A stretch of 64,000 nt of DNA from an uncultured Rhodococcus sp. (GTDB taxonomy: Bacteria > Actinomycetota > Actinomycetes > Mycobacteriales > Mycobacteriaceae). Both the position numbers and the translations under genes were made by a program. Below are positions 40,711-57,113 of this stretch, one piece after another; the stretch's first letter is position 1; each line of letters opens with the position of its first letter. The notes under the pieces are model-generated. The model did not search any database and was not told the origin of the DNA. It was given only the letters and a program-made list of their open reading frames with translations. The stretch covers positions 36,145 through 100,144 of the forward strand of contig CAUQEL010000008.1 of the NCBI GenBank assembly GCA_963517305.1, in the 5' to 3' direction.

Positions 40711-40935
40711 CGCGCCCGCGCGGGAGAGTTCCGAGGCATCCAGTCTCGGACGCCGAAGGAGCAATACCTCCCCGTCAATCTCTCAGGCACACGGACCGTG
40801 TGGGCTTCGACAACTCTGGAAAGTGGTGGGAGCACCCACCCGCCCAAGGGGAAAGGTGCCGGCGCGCTTCACTGGAGCGCCGTGTCCGACCGAATCTCTC
40901 AGGCGCACGCGTCAGCGGGCACACGACAGAGGGGG
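40711..40935 (+). ncRNA. Tandem glycine riboswitch
   Basis: Aptamer 1 GGGAGAG...CGCCGAAGGAGCAA...AATCTCTCAGG; aptamer 2 CTCTGGAAAG...CGCCCAAGGGGAAA...AATCTCTCAGG...ACAGAG; directly upstream of gcvP. Confidence 0.93.
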
Positions 40936-41002
40936 AGGAGCGGCCGGAGCGTATGCCTCGGTCGTCCGACGCCTCGTCTTTCCGGCACCTGGGAGCACAA
41001 TC

Positions 41003-43855
<2,853 letters not shown>

Positions 43856-43862
43856 GCCGAGA

Positions 43863-43896
43863 ACAGAGCCCGCCACGTCGACGTGGCGGGCTCTGT
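43863..43896. terminator. Perfect 34-bp palindrome, bidirectional terminator between convergent genes
   Basis: acagagcccgccacgtc/gacgtggcgggctctgt. Confidence 0.8.
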
Positions 43897-43915
43897 CGTA
43901 TTCGCGTAGGAGTCT

Positions 43916-45055
43916 TCAGCCCCGAGTGAGCTCGAGCATCGCGATCTCGGGCGGAGCAGCGACGCGGACCGGTGGGCCCCACGCGCCCGCGCCCCTGGTG
44001 GTGTACAACGTGGTGTTGTCGATAGTGTCCAGGCCTTCGACACTCGGCTGCTGAAGCGGCACCAGGTACCGGATCGGCCATATCTGACCCCCGTGTGTAT
44101 GCCCGGAGACCTGCATGTCGACTCCGAAGTCCGATGCCTCCACCGCCTGCAACGGCTGGTGGGCCATCAGCAACACGAAGCGGTCGGGATCGATCCCCTC
44201 CAACGCCGCACCGAGATCGGGTTCGTACGGCGCAGGGGCAGTGGCGTCGTTGATGCCGGCGAGATCGATCGCGGCGTCGCCACGGGTGAGGGTCGTGCGC
44301 TCGTTGCGTAGGACGTCGATTCCGAGCGTCGACCACAGATGGAGCCATTCACCGCCGTCTCCCGCATAGAACTCGTGGTTGCCGCTGACAGCGAACACAC
44401 CGAGCGGGGCGTCGAGGTCGCGGAGCGGTGCGAGATCGGCACCGACCAACGGGACCGTCCCGTCGATGAGATCGCCGTCGAGCAGGACGACATCGGGACT
44501 CTGGGCGTTGATCGAATCGACGACCTTGCGTACGAAGTCCGCGCCGCGGGAGGGGCCGGCGTGCAGATCGGACACCAACGCCACTCGGACGCCGTCGAAT
44601 TCGGCCGGTAGCCTGTCGAGCGCGACATCGGTGTTCGTCACCCGTGGAGTCGCCGCCTCGACGAGTCCGTACCCCACTGCGACCACGCTGAGAAGTGCCA
44701 CCGCAGCAGAGCCGACCCTCGACACGCGCAGTCGAGCCGCGGACGAATCACGATGTCGAGCAGCGAAAACCACTCTCATGACGGTGCAGACCACGGCCAC
44801 CAGCACCGTTCCCAGGAACAGGTACAGCACCACGGCGAGCCAACTGAGCCCGACGAAGGCGGGCCCTCGTGCCCAGGACGGATCGAACTCGACGCCGCTG
44901 CCGAAGCCGATCACCGCACCCAGCCACAGGAGCGCCAGCACAGCATCGACAGCCCGCTTGGGACGCGTCGGCATCCTGGTGACGGAGAGAAACCGCCAGT
45001 GCAGGAACAGGGTGACGAGGAGCAAGAAAACGCCGACAAAAATTACACGAGACAT
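43916..45055 (-). CDS. Membrane-anchored metallophosphoesterase
   Basis: SDLH, GDLID, GNHE, AHQP, SGHTHGGQ; N-terminal TM helices. Confidence 0.92.
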   Translation of the reverse strand: MSRVIFVGVFLLLVTLFLHWRFLSVTRMPTRPKRAVDAVLALLWLGAVIGFGSGVEFDPSWARGPAFVGLSWLAVVLYLFLGTVLVAVVCTVMRVVFAARHRDSSAARLRVSRVGSAAVALLSVVAVGYGLVEAATPRVTNTDVALDRLPAEFDGVRVALVSDLHAGPSRGADFVRKVVDSINAQSPDVVLLDGDLIDGTVPLVGADLAPLRDLDAPLGVFAVSGNHEFYAGDGGEWLHLWSTLGIDVLRNERTTLTRGDAAIDLAGINDATAPAPYEPDLGAALEGIDPDRFVLLMAHQPLQAVEASDFGVDMQVSGHTHGGQIWPIRYLVPLQQPSVEGLDTIDNTTLYTTRGAGAWGPPVRVAAPPEIAMLELTRG

Positions 45056-45058
45056 GTT

Positions 45059-46786
45059 CTAGTACAGCAACTTTCCGAGTAGGTCGAAGAAATCCGGTGA
45101 ATCCGACGTCGGCACGGTGGTCGCAGTGCCGCCCGTCCGGGCTGCGATGTCGGTGAAGGCGGTCGCGTCGGTGTTGTCGCCGATCATCACCACGTTCACC
45201 GCGACCGGACGCGCGGGATCCGATACCGAGGACAGATCGGCGAGCAGTTGCTCGGCGGACAACGGCGAATCGTCCGGTCCATCGGTGACGACCACCACGG
45301 AATTCACCCGGCCCGGAACGTATCCGGCCACAGCATCGGCGTATGCGACGAGCAGGGAAGCGTACGTGAACGACTGGCCCTCAGGCGTTGTCGCGGCCGT
45401 GCTGGAAACCAAAGCAGTACGCCTGGGAGTCGGCCCGACAGCAGCCGCCATCGGGCCGGTCGGAACGTCGACTCGGAAGGGGAGTGAGTTTTCCAGATCC
45501 TCGCTGAAGCTCCACAGGCCCAGTTCGGTGGCGTCGGGCACTCGCTGGAACTGCTCGTCGAGGGCGCGAACCGTGTTCTGCAGCCGAGTTGCACTGCCTT
45601 CGACGGTGCCCATCGACTCGGAAACGTCGAGCAGGATCGTGGCTCGGCGCGGCAGGACCGGATTTCGCAGCACGGCCAGAAGGGCGTCGGCAACCGGTCC
45701 GGAAGGAGCAGCGACAGCGACAGCTTCCGCATCCAGTGTCTCGCCGACGCCGAAGCCGGCATCCGTGAGCAACCGAGCACCGTCCGGCTGCCGGACGAAA
45801 TCGACGAACGCGCCGGCAGCCCGGGTCGAGGTCTCGTCGCCCGAGAGCACGGCCGCGGGGTGATCGGCAACGGGAGCGGGACCCTGAGGTTCGACGGCGA
45901 TCAACGTCGACGAATCGGTCGATGCGAGCTGCTGTTGGGTGACCGGAACCGCGTGGACCGGAGCGTCGGGCCCGGGCGCGTTCTCGAGGTCTGCGAGCAC
46001 GTCGTAGGTGGTGGACGCCGACGTTGCCGATGCCCCGGTGTCGGTCACGGCCAGCTCCGACAGAGCCGAGACCAGTTCTCTCGACGAGACCTGCTCGACG
46101 GTCGGTGCACCGGTCGGTGCACCGGTCGGATCGCCGAGTACCCCGGCAGCGATGGCGGCGACCGCGAGTGTGGTTGCGCCTGCATCGGATCCGGTCGGCA
46201 GTGCGAGACGGAGTGCGCCCCACTCGCCGAGGCCGAATGCCTGCGGGTCGCGTTGCAGGCGGACCAGGTCGGCCCAGCTCACTGTAGTCAGAGCGTCGGC
46301 CACGGCGGACGGCACCGCGAGTACGACCGGACTCGTCGCAAGTGGCCGCGGGGTGCCGTCGACGGCACCCCGGTCGGTCACGGCCTCGACGTCGCCCGAC
46401 GACTGAGGTATCCACAGGCCCGGCCGAGCGCCGAGCGCTCCGACGTCCCAGTTGTCGATGCCGGCGTTCAAGGCCGTCCGCACGGCATCGGAGTCCGTAG
46501 CTCGAACCTGCACCGTCACACAGTGATCCCGTACCACCGGTGCGGTGTCGTTGAACCGAGCAGCCAATTGTTCGACAGGCCCGGAGATGTCGGGATCGGC
46601 GGCGACAGTGAGCACCGCCGATCCCTCCACGCATGTGTCGGCAGCTTCGATCCCCTGATCGAAGATTCGATCCCGTAGTTGAAACCATCCGAACACGGCC
46701 GCAGCCAGCACCGCGATCGCTGTCACGACGATCACGGGTCCGGCGGCTATCGAACGCCTGCGCCCTGTGTTCCGATGTTCACCCAC
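45059..46786 (-). CDS. Substrate-binding-like plus vWA domain protein (Rv1836c-like)
   Basis: MGEHR N-terminus, TM helix, MIDAS LLDVSESM, VVTDG. Confidence 0.85.
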   Translation of the reverse strand: MGEHRNTGRRRSIAAGPVIVVTAIAVLAAAVFGWFQLRDRIFDQGIEAADTCVEGSAVLTVAADPDISGPVEQLAARFNDTAPVVRDHCVTVQVRATDSDAVRTALNAGIDNWDVGALGARPGLWIPQSSGDVEAVTDRGAVDGTPRPLATSPVVLAVPSAVADALTTVSWADLVRLQRDPQAFGLGEWGALRLALPTGSDAGATTLAVAAIAAGVLGDPTGAPTGAPTVEQVSSRELVSALSELAVTDTGASATSASTTYDVLADLENAPGPDAPVHAVPVTQQQLASTDSSTLIAVEPQGPAPVADHPAAVLSGDETSTRAAGAFVDFVRQPDGARLLTDAGFGVGETLDAEAVAVAAPSGPVADALLAVLRNPVLPRRATILLDVSESMGTVEGSATRLQNTVRALDEQFQRVPDATELGLWSFSEDLENSLPFRVDVPTGPMAAAVGPTPRRTALVSSTAATTPEGQSFTYASLLVAYADAVAGYVPGRVNSVVVVTDGPDDSPLSAEQLLADLSSVSDPARPVAVNVVMIGDNTDATAFTDIAARTGGTATTVPTSDSPDFFDLLGKLLY

Positions 46787-46802
46787 GTGATCGACAAGTC
46801 CG

Positions 46803-48977
46803 TCAGGCGTTGACGGCCTTGTACTCCCGTCGGCGACGATGCAGGATCGGCTCGGTGTAACCGTTGGGCTGGCTAGTGCCCTGGAAGATCAGGTCACTGG
46901 CAGCCTGGAAGGCGATGTTGGTGTCGAAGTCGGGAGCCAACGGCTTGTACGTCGGATCGGATTCGTTCTGACGGTCCACCACCGGCGCCATCCGCTTCAG
47001 CGACTCACGCACCTGGTCTTCGGTGACGATGCCGTGGCGCAGCCAGTTCGCGATGAACTGACTCGAAATGCGCAGCGTCGCGCGGTCTTCCATGAGTGCG
47101 ATGTCGTTGATGTCGGGCACCTTCGAGCAGCCGACGCCATGATCGATCCACCGCACGACGTAGCCCAGGATCGACTGCGAGTTGTTGTCGAGTTCGTTCT
47201 GCTTCTCCTCGTCGGTCCAGTCCGTGGACGGCGCGAGAGGAATTTCGAGAATGTCGTCGACGGTGGCGCGCTTGGCCTGTGCGATCTCGTGCTGACGGGC
47301 AAAGACATCGACCTTGTGGTAGTGCAGGGCGTGCAAGGTCGCAGCGGTGGGCGAGGGAACCCACGCAGTGTTGGCTCCGGCCTTGGGGTGGCCGATCTTC
47401 TGCTCGAGCATGTCGTGCATCAGATCGGGCATGGCCCACATACCCTTACCGATCTGTGCCTTGCCTTCGAGGCCTGCGGCGAGACCGGTGTCGACGTTGA
47501 AGTCCTCGTAGGCGGCGATCCACTTCTCGCCCTTCATCGCACCCTTGCGCACCACGGGACCTGCCTCCATCGAGGTGTGGATCTCGTCGCCGGTGCGGTC
47601 GAGGAAGCCGGTGTTGATGAACACGACCCGCTCGGACGCGGCCTGGATGCACGCCTTGAGGTTGACCGTCGTGCGGCGTTCCTCGTCCATGATGCCGACC
47701 TTGAGCGTGTTGCTCGGAAGACCCAGAACCTGCTCGACGCGGCCGAACAGCTCCGCGGTGAACGCGACCTCGTCCGGTCCGTGCATCTTGGGCTTGACGA
47801 TGTACAGCGAACCGGTGCGTGAGTTGGACAGCACGTTGTCCGAGGTCAGCGAGTGCATACCGGCCAGCGAGGTGAACAGAGCATCGAGAATTCCCTCGGG
47901 CACCTCGTTGCCGTCGGCATCGAGAATCGCATCCGACGTCATCAGGTGACCGACGTTGCGGACGAACAGCAGCGAGCGACCGTGCAGCGTCAGCTCCGAA
48001 CCGTCGACCGAGGTGTACGTGCGGTCCTTGTTCATCGCGCGAGTGAAGCTCTTGCCGCCCTTGGAGACTTCCTCGGTCAGATCGCCCTTCATCAGACCGA
48101 GCCAGTTGCGGTACCCCAGAACCTTGTCGTCCGCATCGACTGCAGCGACGGAGTCCTCGAAGTCCATGATGGTGGTGACCGCCGACTCCAGCAGAACGTC
48201 CTTGACGCCTGCGCCGTCGGTCTTGCCGATCGGGCTCTCGGGGTCGATCTGGATCTCGAAGTGCAACCCGTTGTGGACGAACAGAATTGCCGACGGCGCG
48301 TCCGGGGTGCCCTGGTAGCCGAGCAGCTGTGACGGATCCTTCAGCCCGACCGTGCTGCCGTCGGCGAGGGTCACCGTCAGCGATGCGGCGTCGACGACGT
48401 ATCCGGTGGTACCGACGTGCGAGCCGGAGCTCAGGGGCAGAGCCTCGTCCAGGAAGTCCCGCGCGAAGGCGATGACCTTGTCGCCGCGGACCCTGTTGTA
48501 GCTGGTGCCCTTCTCGGCACCGTCGGTCTCGGGAATGGCATCGGTTCCGTAGAGAGCGTCGTACAACGAGCCCCACCGTGCGTTGGACGCGTTGATCGCG
48601 AACCGGGCATTGAGCACCGGCACCACGAGCTGGGGGCCGGCGGTGGTGGTGATCTCGGTGTCCACACCGGACGTGCTGATCTGGAAGTCGGCCGGCTCGT
48701 CGAGCAGGTAGCCGATCTCCTTCAGGAATGCCTTGTAGGCGGCGCGGTCGTAGTTCGGGCCTGCGTGCTCGCCGTGCCAGGCATCGACCTTGCCCTGGAT
48801 CTCGTCGCGGACAGCCAGCAGTGACTTGTTCTTGGGAGCGAGATCGGCGATCACCGATGCGGCACCGGCCCAGAAGGCATCCGAATCTACGTCGGTACCC
48901 GGCAGCGCCTCCTTCTCGACGAAATCGAATAGGACCTTGGCGACCTGAAGTCCACCAGCCTGCACACGATCGGTCAT
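46803..48977 (-). CDS. glcB: Malate synthase G
   Basis: [64 protein letters not shown] 48977 after GAGGA. Confidence 0.96.
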   Translation of the reverse strand: MTDRVQAGGLQVAKVLFDFVEKEALPGTDVDSDAFWAGAASVIADLAPKNKSLLAVRDEIQGKVDAWHGEHAGPNYDRAAYKAFLKEIGYLLDEPADFQISTSGVDTEITTTAGPQLVVPVLNARFAINASNARWGSLYDALYGTDAIPETDGAEKGTSYNRVRGDKVIAFARDFLDEALPLSSGSHVGTTGYVVDAASLTVTLADGSTVGLKDPSQLLGYQGTPDAPSAILFVHNGLHFEIQIDPESPIGKTDGAGVKDVLLESAVTTIMDFEDSVAAVDADDKVLGYRNWLGLMKGDLTEEVSKGGKSFTRAMNKDRTYTSVDGSELTLHGRSLLFVRNVGHLMTSDAILDADGNEVPEGILDALFTSLAGMHSLTSDNVLSNSRTGSLYIVKPKMHGPDEVAFTAELFGRVEQVLGLPSNTLKVGIMDEERRTTVNLKACIQAASERVVFINTGFLDRTGDEIHTSMEAGPVVRKGAMKGEKWIAAYEDFNVDTGLAAGLEGKAQIGKGMWAMPDLMHDMLEQKIGHPKAGANTAWVPSPTAATLHALHYHKVDVFARQHEIAQAKRATVDDILEIPLAPSTDWTDEEKQNELDNNSQSILGYVVRWIDHGVGCSKVPDINDIALMEDRATLRISSQFIANWLRHGIVTEDQVRESLKRMAPVVDRQNESDPTYKPLAPDFDTNIAFQAASDLIFQGTSQPNGYTEPILHRRRREYKAVNA

Positions 48978-49042
48978 GAAATCCTCACTCTTTCCGGTCA
49001 CGGACACCGGTGACCGGTGTCCCCACGACAACGCTGTCGATG

Positions 49043-49957
49043 TTACTCGGCGGTAGGTCCGACGCCGAACTCGCCGCCGATCAGTAAATTCTGGCATCGA
49101 GCGATCAACGCCGAGCGCAGAGGTGCCGCTTCGCTCGACAATTCTCCTTGTGCACGCACGTATTCGGCTCGACCGGCTGCGGTCTCTATCCGAATGGGTT
49201 CGAGATCGAAGCCGCTCAGGTCGTACGGACTCGCGCGCATATCGATCGTTCGCGCGTGCAGGGCCAGCTCGAAACAGTCGGTGAGAAACTCGGAGTCGAT
49301 CAGCGGTCCCAGCTTGTAGCACCACTTGTACAGATCCATCGACGCATGAATACAACCGGGTTGCTCGGATGTCAGACGCGACTCCGGCGACAGCGTAAGA
49401 GCGTTGCGCGGCGCTGCATCGGGGGTGAAGAACCGGAACGCGTCGTAGTGGGTGCAGCGCAACGTCATCGTATCGACCACGGCGTCGGTCCCGTCGTGTC
49501 CGAGACGCAGCGGCACCTGCCCGTGGCGCTGCGCCGCGGTGCCCCCGCGGTAGACCATTGCCCACTCGTGCAGTCCGAAACAGCCGAGCACCGGTGGCTT
49601 GTCTCGGGTAGCGGCGAGCAAACCGAGGGTGAATTCGATGCTCGATCGTCGACGCTCCACCAGATCCGACCGCACCCGAAAGCCCGGGCCGTCGTCGGTG
49701 GCCACCTGCTCGTAGGACGCGAACGCCGAGAAGTCCTGCGCGCGATCACCGGTGAGGACGACGCCGTGACCTGGATTCCATCGGCGCAGCTGACCCGGGC
49801 GGTGACTGTAGTAGGTGAACAGAAAGTCGAGCACCGGATGGACGCCGCCGTGGCCCCGGTCGGTCAAATAATCACCGACGAGGTTCTCCACCCGTGCCGC
49901 ATGCGCAGCACGACGAGTGGTCCACTGCTCTTCGCTCAGCAACGTCGAGGAGGGCAT
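49043..49957 (-). CDS. Conserved hypothetical protein with Cys/His motifs (family often labelled 3-methyladenine DNA glycosylase)
   Basis: [56 protein letters not shown]. Confidence 0.75.
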   Translation of the reverse strand: MPSSTLLSEEQWTTRRAAHAARVENLVGDYLTDRGHGGVHPVLDFLFTYYSHRPGQLRRWNPGHGVVLTGDRAQDFSAFASYEQVATDDGPGFRVRSDLVERRRSSIEFTLGLLAATRDKPPVLGCFGLHEWAMVYRGGTAAQRHGQVPLRLGHDGTDAVVDTMTLRCTHYDAFRFFTPDAAPRNALTLSPESRLTSEQPGCIHASMDLYKWCYKLGPLIDSEFLTDCFELALHARTIDMRASPYDLSGFDLEPIRIETAAGRAEYVRAQGELSSEAAPLRSALIARCQNLLIGGEFGVGPTAE

Positions 49958-51094
49958 TCACGCGTTCCGTGGGGGAGCGGCCGCGGACTTGAAGCTGGAC
50001 GACGATTGACCCGGACGAGGACCGGCCACCCGGTGCGTGCCGTCTCGAACCGTACCGACGAACTCCTCGACCAGGTCCTCGAGCGCGACGATGCCGACTG
50101 TGGCACCTGTCGCGTCGTGCACGGCACCGAGATGGCTGCTGGCCCGACGCAACTTGGTCAATGCGTCGTCGAGCACAGTGTCGATGGACACCACCGGTAG
50201 TGCCCGTACATCGCTGCGCGGGATGACCGTGTCCGGTCCCGCCGACTCGTCGGCCATGTCGTCGAGGACGTCCTTGAGGTGCAGGTAGCCCACGAGTGCC
50301 CCCGAGGCGTCGCGGACCGGATAACGAGAGAATCCCGTTTCGATGACAGCGCGTTCGACGGAGCCCAGTGTGGGTCCGAGTGTGTGCTCGGGCCCGGACA
50401 ACTCGATGCTGCGAACCTGGTGAGAGGGAATCAGAACCTCACCCACCGTCCGTCCGGACGTCTCGAGCGCCTGCCGCAATCGTCGATGCTCCTCGGCGTC
50501 GATCAATCCCTCGGATCGTGATTCGCCGATCATCTGCGACAACTCGACCGCCGATACCGAGGAACTGAGCTCGTCCTTGGGTTCGATCCGCAGCAGCCGA
50601 AGGGTCAGGTTGGCGCACATGTTGTAGAACGAAATCAGCGGCAGCGCCACCTTGATGAACAGCAGATGGATGGGCACCAGAACCATGGCAGTGCTCTCCG
50701 GGCCCGCGATGGCGATGTTCTTGGGCACCATCTCGCCGATGAGAATGTGCAGAACGACCACGAGCGTCAACGCGATGGCGAAGGCGATCGGGTGCAGGAA
50801 GGACTCGGGAATGCCGACGGCCTCGAGCGGAACCTCGATCAGGTGTGCCACCGCAGGCTCCGCCACACGCCCGAGAAGGATCGAGCAGATCGTGATGCCG
50901 AGCTGGGCCGCGGCGAGCATCTGCGACAGGTTCTGGCCGGCCTCGATCACGCTCTGAGCGCGCTTCTTGCCTTGCGCGAGCAGAGCTTCGAGGCGATCGC
51001 GCCGGGCCGAGATCAGTGCGAACTCGGCTCCGACGAAGAATGCGTTGCCGGCGAGCAGCAGAACGGCGAGACCGACGCCGAGGAAATCACCCAT
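49958..51094 (-). CDS. CNNM/DUF21-CBS (hemolysin family) protein
   Basis: [42 protein letters not shown]. Confidence 0.92.
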   Translation of the reverse strand: MGDFLGVGLAVLLLAGNAFFVGAEFALISARRDRLEALLAQGKKRAQSVIEAGQNLSQMLAAAQLGITICSILLGRVAEPAVAHLIEVPLEAVGIPESFLHPIAFAIALTLVVVLHILIGEMVPKNIAIAGPESTAMVLVPIHLLFIKVALPLISFYNMCANLTLRLLRIEPKDELSSSVSAVELSQMIGESRSEGLIDAEEHRRLRQALETSGRTVGEVLIPSHQVRSIELSGPEHTLGPTLGSVERAVIETGFSRYPVRDASGALVGYLHLKDVLDDMADESAGPDTVIPRSDVRALPVVSIDTVLDDALTKLRRASSHLGAVHDATGATVGIVALEDLVEEFVGTVRDGTHRVAGPRPGQSSSSFKSAAAPPRNA

Positions 51095-52466
51095 CGATCT
51101 CACCTTCCGATCTCATCCGAGCTACCGCTGCCGCGTCGACGGGCAGTAACACCACCCGGTCGATGCGGCGGCCGTCCATACGAAGAACCCGTGCCACCCA
51201 ACCGCCGTCTCGTTCGAGCGGATCCTCGTTCGCCGGGGGAGGCAAAAGAACTGCGTCGCCCTCGGTCGGAATGCGACCCAACTGTGTCAGTACCAGACCG
51301 CCGATGGTTTCGTACTCGCCCTCCGGTGCCGAATACCCCGTGGCCGACGCGACCTCGTCGATACGCAGCAGGCCTGCGCAATCCCATCCGTCGCCCGATC
51401 TGGAGACGTCGAGCTCCGGCTCGTCGTGTTCGTCGCGCACATCACCGACGATCTCCTCGATCAGATCCTCCATCGTGACCATGCCCGCGGTGCCGCCGTA
51501 CTCGTCGACGACGAGCGCGACCTGCATACCGTCGGCGCGCACCCGTTCCATCACTGCGTCGCCGTCGAGGCTGGACGGCACGACGGGAACGTCGCGCGCC
51601 AGGGACTCGACCGTCGTCGAGCGACGATGCGCTCCGGCGACGGTGAACGCATGCTTGATGTGAACGACGCCGATGGTGTCGTCCAGGTCGCCGTCGACCA
51701 CCGGAAACCGCGAGAAGCCGGTCCGCGCAGCCGTTTCGATCAGATCGGCCATGGTCGCGTCGGTGGCGAGCGTTTCGATCTTGACTCGCGGCGTCATCAG
51801 TTCCTCGGCCGTGCGATCGCCGAACTGCAACGACCGATCCACCAATCGGGCGGTGTTCTCGTCGATCGACCCCTGCCGTGCCGACGTGCGGACCAGCGAA
51901 CCCAGTTCCTGCGGGGACCGCGCGGATCTCAGTTCTTCCGCCGGTTCGATCCCGAGCCGGCGTACCAGCCAGTTTGCCGAGCCGTTGAGCCCGTTGATGG
52001 CCCACTTGAAGACCAGCGAGAACCCGGCCATCGCACCGGCGGTGACACGAGCGGTCGACATCGGTTTCGCGATGGCGATGTTCTTCGGAACCAGCTCACC
52101 GAAGATCATCGAGAACGAGGTGGCCAGGATCAGCGCCACCGCAAGCGAGATGCCGGCGGAGAGGGTCTCGGATGCGCCCAGCGCGTCGGCAACCGGCCGA
52201 ATGAAGCCGGCCAGCACCGGTTCGGCGAGATAGCCGGTGATCAGTGTCGTGATGGTGATGCCGAGTTGGGCACCGGACAGCTGAAACGACAATGTCTTGT
52301 GGGCGTGCAGAACCTGGCGGGAGCGTAGGTCGCCGTTGTCGGCCTGTGACTCGACCGCACTTCGTTCGAGAGCAGTGAGGGAGAACTCGGCGGCAACGAA
52401 CAGCGCGGTGCCGGCCGTCAAAGCGACGAAACCGAGCAGGCTGACGATGGTGATCAGAAGTGCCAC
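51087..52466 (-). CDS. CNNM/DUF21-CBS-CorC (hemolysin family) protein
   Basis: [55 protein letters not shown]. Confidence 0.93.
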   Translation of the reverse strand: MALLITIVSLLGFVALTAGTALFVAAEFSLTALERSAVESQADNGDLRSRQVLHAHKTLSFQLSGAQLGITITTLITGYLAEPVLAGFIRPVADALGASETLSAGISLAVALILATSFSMIFGELVPKNIAIAKPMSTARVTAGAMAGFSLVFKWAINGLNGSANWLVRRLGIEPAEELRSARSPQELGSLVRTSARQGSIDENTARLVDRSLQFGDRTAEELMTPRVKIETLATDATMADLIETAARTGFSRFPVVDGDLDDTIGVVHIKHAFTVAGAHRRSTTVESLARDVPVVPSSLDGDAVMERVRADGMQVALVVDEYGGTAGMVTMEDLIEEIVGDVRDEHDEPELDVSRSGDGWDCAGLLRIDEVASATGYSAPEGEYETIGGLVLTQLGRIPTEGDAVLLPPPANEDPLERDGGWVARVLRMDGRRIDRVVLLPVDAAAVARMRSEGEIDG

Positions 52467-52469
52467 GCG

Positions 52470-52661
52470 TCAACTCCGCCTGAGCCGGGACCGTCGAAGC
52501 TGGGACAGGAGCATCGCGCCGCCGGAGTGCACGTGGCTGCCGAAATCGGTGTCGCCGGGTTTCTCTCCCGGCTCGATAGAGGATCCCTCCGCAGTGGAAC
52601 CGTCGTCGTGCTGTTCCGCAGTTGCCGTATCGGCAACCGAGATAGTGGGTGCCTCGGGCAC
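52470..52661 (-). CDS. Putative leader peptide/uORF (63 aa) upstream of the CNNM operon
   Basis: GTG 52661 after AGAAGGGA; MPEAPTISVADTATAEQHDD...LLSQLRRSRLRRS; stop 3 nt before the next start. Confidence 0.45.
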   Translation of the reverse strand: MPEAPTISVADTATAEQHDDGSTAEGSSIEPGEKPGDTDFGSHVHSGGAMLLSQLRRSRLRRS

Positions 52662-52812
52662 CTGATTCCCTTCTGTCGGTTCGCGCTGTGGCCATACTCT
52701 ACGAGGAGCCGACCGTTCGTCCGCACGTAGAGAATCGAATGCTCGAATTTCCGACGAGTGACGAGCGCGAACAACTGTGTTTGCTGTAGGCGAGTCTAAC
52801 CGTGCCCGACCG

Positions 52813-55156
<2,344 letters not shown>

Positions 55157-55160
<4 letters not shown>

Positions 55161-56461
55161 CCGCGTCGTCCTCGGCTACCGCCGCGCCTGCCTCCGGCCC
55201 GCCCGCTTCGCTCGTGTCGGGCGGGTGCGGCACCGCGTCGTGAACTGCGAGGAGCCGGTGATTCCGCCGCTTCGGCCGAGATCGGGCGGCCGATCGGTGT
55301 GCGGGCCCCCGTCAATCGACGCCACGAGGTGGGATCGGACTCGGTATCGACCACCGTTGCCGAGACGCCGGCATCGACGGCCATCGCACACACGTGATCC
55401 ACCTGTTCGGCGGTGGCCAGTGTCACGACGGTACCGCTGGCTCCGGCCCGTGCAGTGCGACCTGCGCGATGCACGTAGTCCTTGGAATCCAACGGTGGAT
55501 CGACGTGAACCACGAGGGTGACGTCGTCGACGTGAACCCCACGTGCTGCGACATCGGTCGCGATCAGGGCAGTCGAGTCGCCGTCGCCGAAAGCGGCAAG
55601 CGAGCGTGTGCGGTGAGCCTGAGTCTTGTTGCCGTGCAACGACGATACCGATACGCCCAGCCGGCGACAGTCGTCGGTGAGTCGGTCGACGGCGTGAGTG
55701 GTCCGGACGAACAGCAGCGTGCGACCGTCTCTGTTGGCAAGTGCGGCAGCTACTTCGGTCTTGCGGGCAGCATCGACCCTGAACACGTAGTGCGCAATGT
55801 CGGGCTCGCTGACCGATTCCGCCGTGGAATGTTCGGCCGGATCGTTCAGGAACTTCTCGACGAGGCGGTCGACGTCCTCGTCGAGGGTGGCCGAGAACAG
55901 CAGCCGCTGCCCGTCGGCCGGTGTCGCGGCGAGAAGCGATGTGACCTGGGGTAGAAAGCCCATGTCCACCATGCGATCCGCCTCGTCGATCACGGTCACC
56001 TCCACGCGATCCAACACGATCGAGCGGCGCGCGAGCAGGTCGTTGAGGCGACCGGGGGTGGCGACCACGATGTCGATTCCGCGCTGGATCTCTCGGACGT
56101 TGCGCTCGAGCGGAACGCCGCCGACCACACCGACGCTGCGCAGGCCGAACGTCGCACCGTGGACGTCGAGCACTTCCTGGATCTGCAGCGCAAGTTCGCG
56201 AGTGGGAGCCAGTACCAGTCCGCGCGGTGCACCGGGCTCACTGCGACGGCCGGCAAGCCGAACGAGCAGCGGAAGCCCGAACGCGAGAGTCTTCCCCGAT
56301 CCGGTCGGAGCACGGCCGAGCACATCGCGGCCTGCTAGCGCATCGGGCAGGGCGGCGGACTGGATCGGAAACGGCTCGGAGACACCCGCTTTCCTCAGTG
56401 AGTGCACGAGAACCACGGGCAGTCCCAGTTCTGCGAACGATCGAACGGATTGACCCGGCAT
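55157..56461 (-). CDS. DEAD-box RNA helicase
   Basis: SFAELGL, PFPIQ, APTGSGKT, PTREL, TPGR, DEAD, SAT, HRAGRTAR. Confidence 0.93.
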
Positions 56462-56607
56462 GGCTGTGACCCTACCGCTGGCTCGTCCGCGCATCGGAAT
56501 CTTCTTGTCGGTGCCCCGCGCAATACTCGCCGATGGAACGCACGTTCGATGGGCGTTCGACACCGTGATTGCCGAGGGGGCGATCGCACGCAGAGTGTGG
56601 GGGAGCT

Positions 56608-57078
56608 ATGTGCAAGATGTGTCAGGGCTACAGCGTCGACGAGTACATCGAAGGTGTGAAACGCACCATCGACAGGTGTGGGTGGGCCTTGCAGTATGTC
56701 GAATCGGAGATCGATCCCGACGGTATCCATCCGGCGTTCTGCTACACGGTCGGTCTCACGAATTTCGGCAGCCCGGAGATCGTCATGACGGGGCGCGGGC
56801 CGCATGAGTCCTCCCGAATCCTCAATTCGCTCGGCACCTCGGTGGCTTCGGGGATGCTGGAGCTCGAATCCGGAATCGGTTGCACTGCAGCAGGATTCGA
56901 GATATTTACCATCGACGTGCCGGACTGTGCCGAGATTCTCTACACGGCGTCCGACGTCTACGGCCAAGGGTGCTTCAGTGCCGTGCAGGCGGTGTGGAAG
57001 GACCTGGACGGTGCACTGCCGTGGGAGGGCATCCCGTCGACGGTGGTCCAACCGGTCCTCGGGCCGGTACCCGTCTGA
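56608..57078 (+). CDS. DUF4262 domain protein
   Basis: MCKMC N-terminus, GWALQYV, FCYTVGLT..G.PEI, Q.VW.D..G.LPW; GGGGAG RBS. Confidence 0.8.
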   Translation: MCKMCQGYSVDEYIEGVKRTIDRCGWALQYVESEIDPDGIHPAFCYTVGLTNFGSPEIVMTGRGPHESSRILNSLGTSVASGMLELESGIGCTAAGFEIFTIDVPDCAEILYTASDVYGQGCFSAVQAVWKDLDGALPWEGIPSTVVQPVLGPVPV

Positions 57079-57113
57079 CGCGTTCTCGGTGCGCCACCGA
57101 CGGGCGATCGTCG

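Noticed and set aside
46100..46123. 12-bp duplication (GAPT-GAPT) in the vWA protein
   Set aside because: In-frame micro-duplication in a probable linker; no sign of functional importance.
46803..49565. 920-aa extended malate synthase
   Set aside because: The extension overlaps the 49043-49957 gene in another frame; ATG 48977 gives a normal-length GlcB.
49958..52466. Hemolysin or virulence toxin interpretation
   Set aside because: DUF21-CBS-CorC proteins are established as divalent cation transport-related; the hemolysin name is historical.
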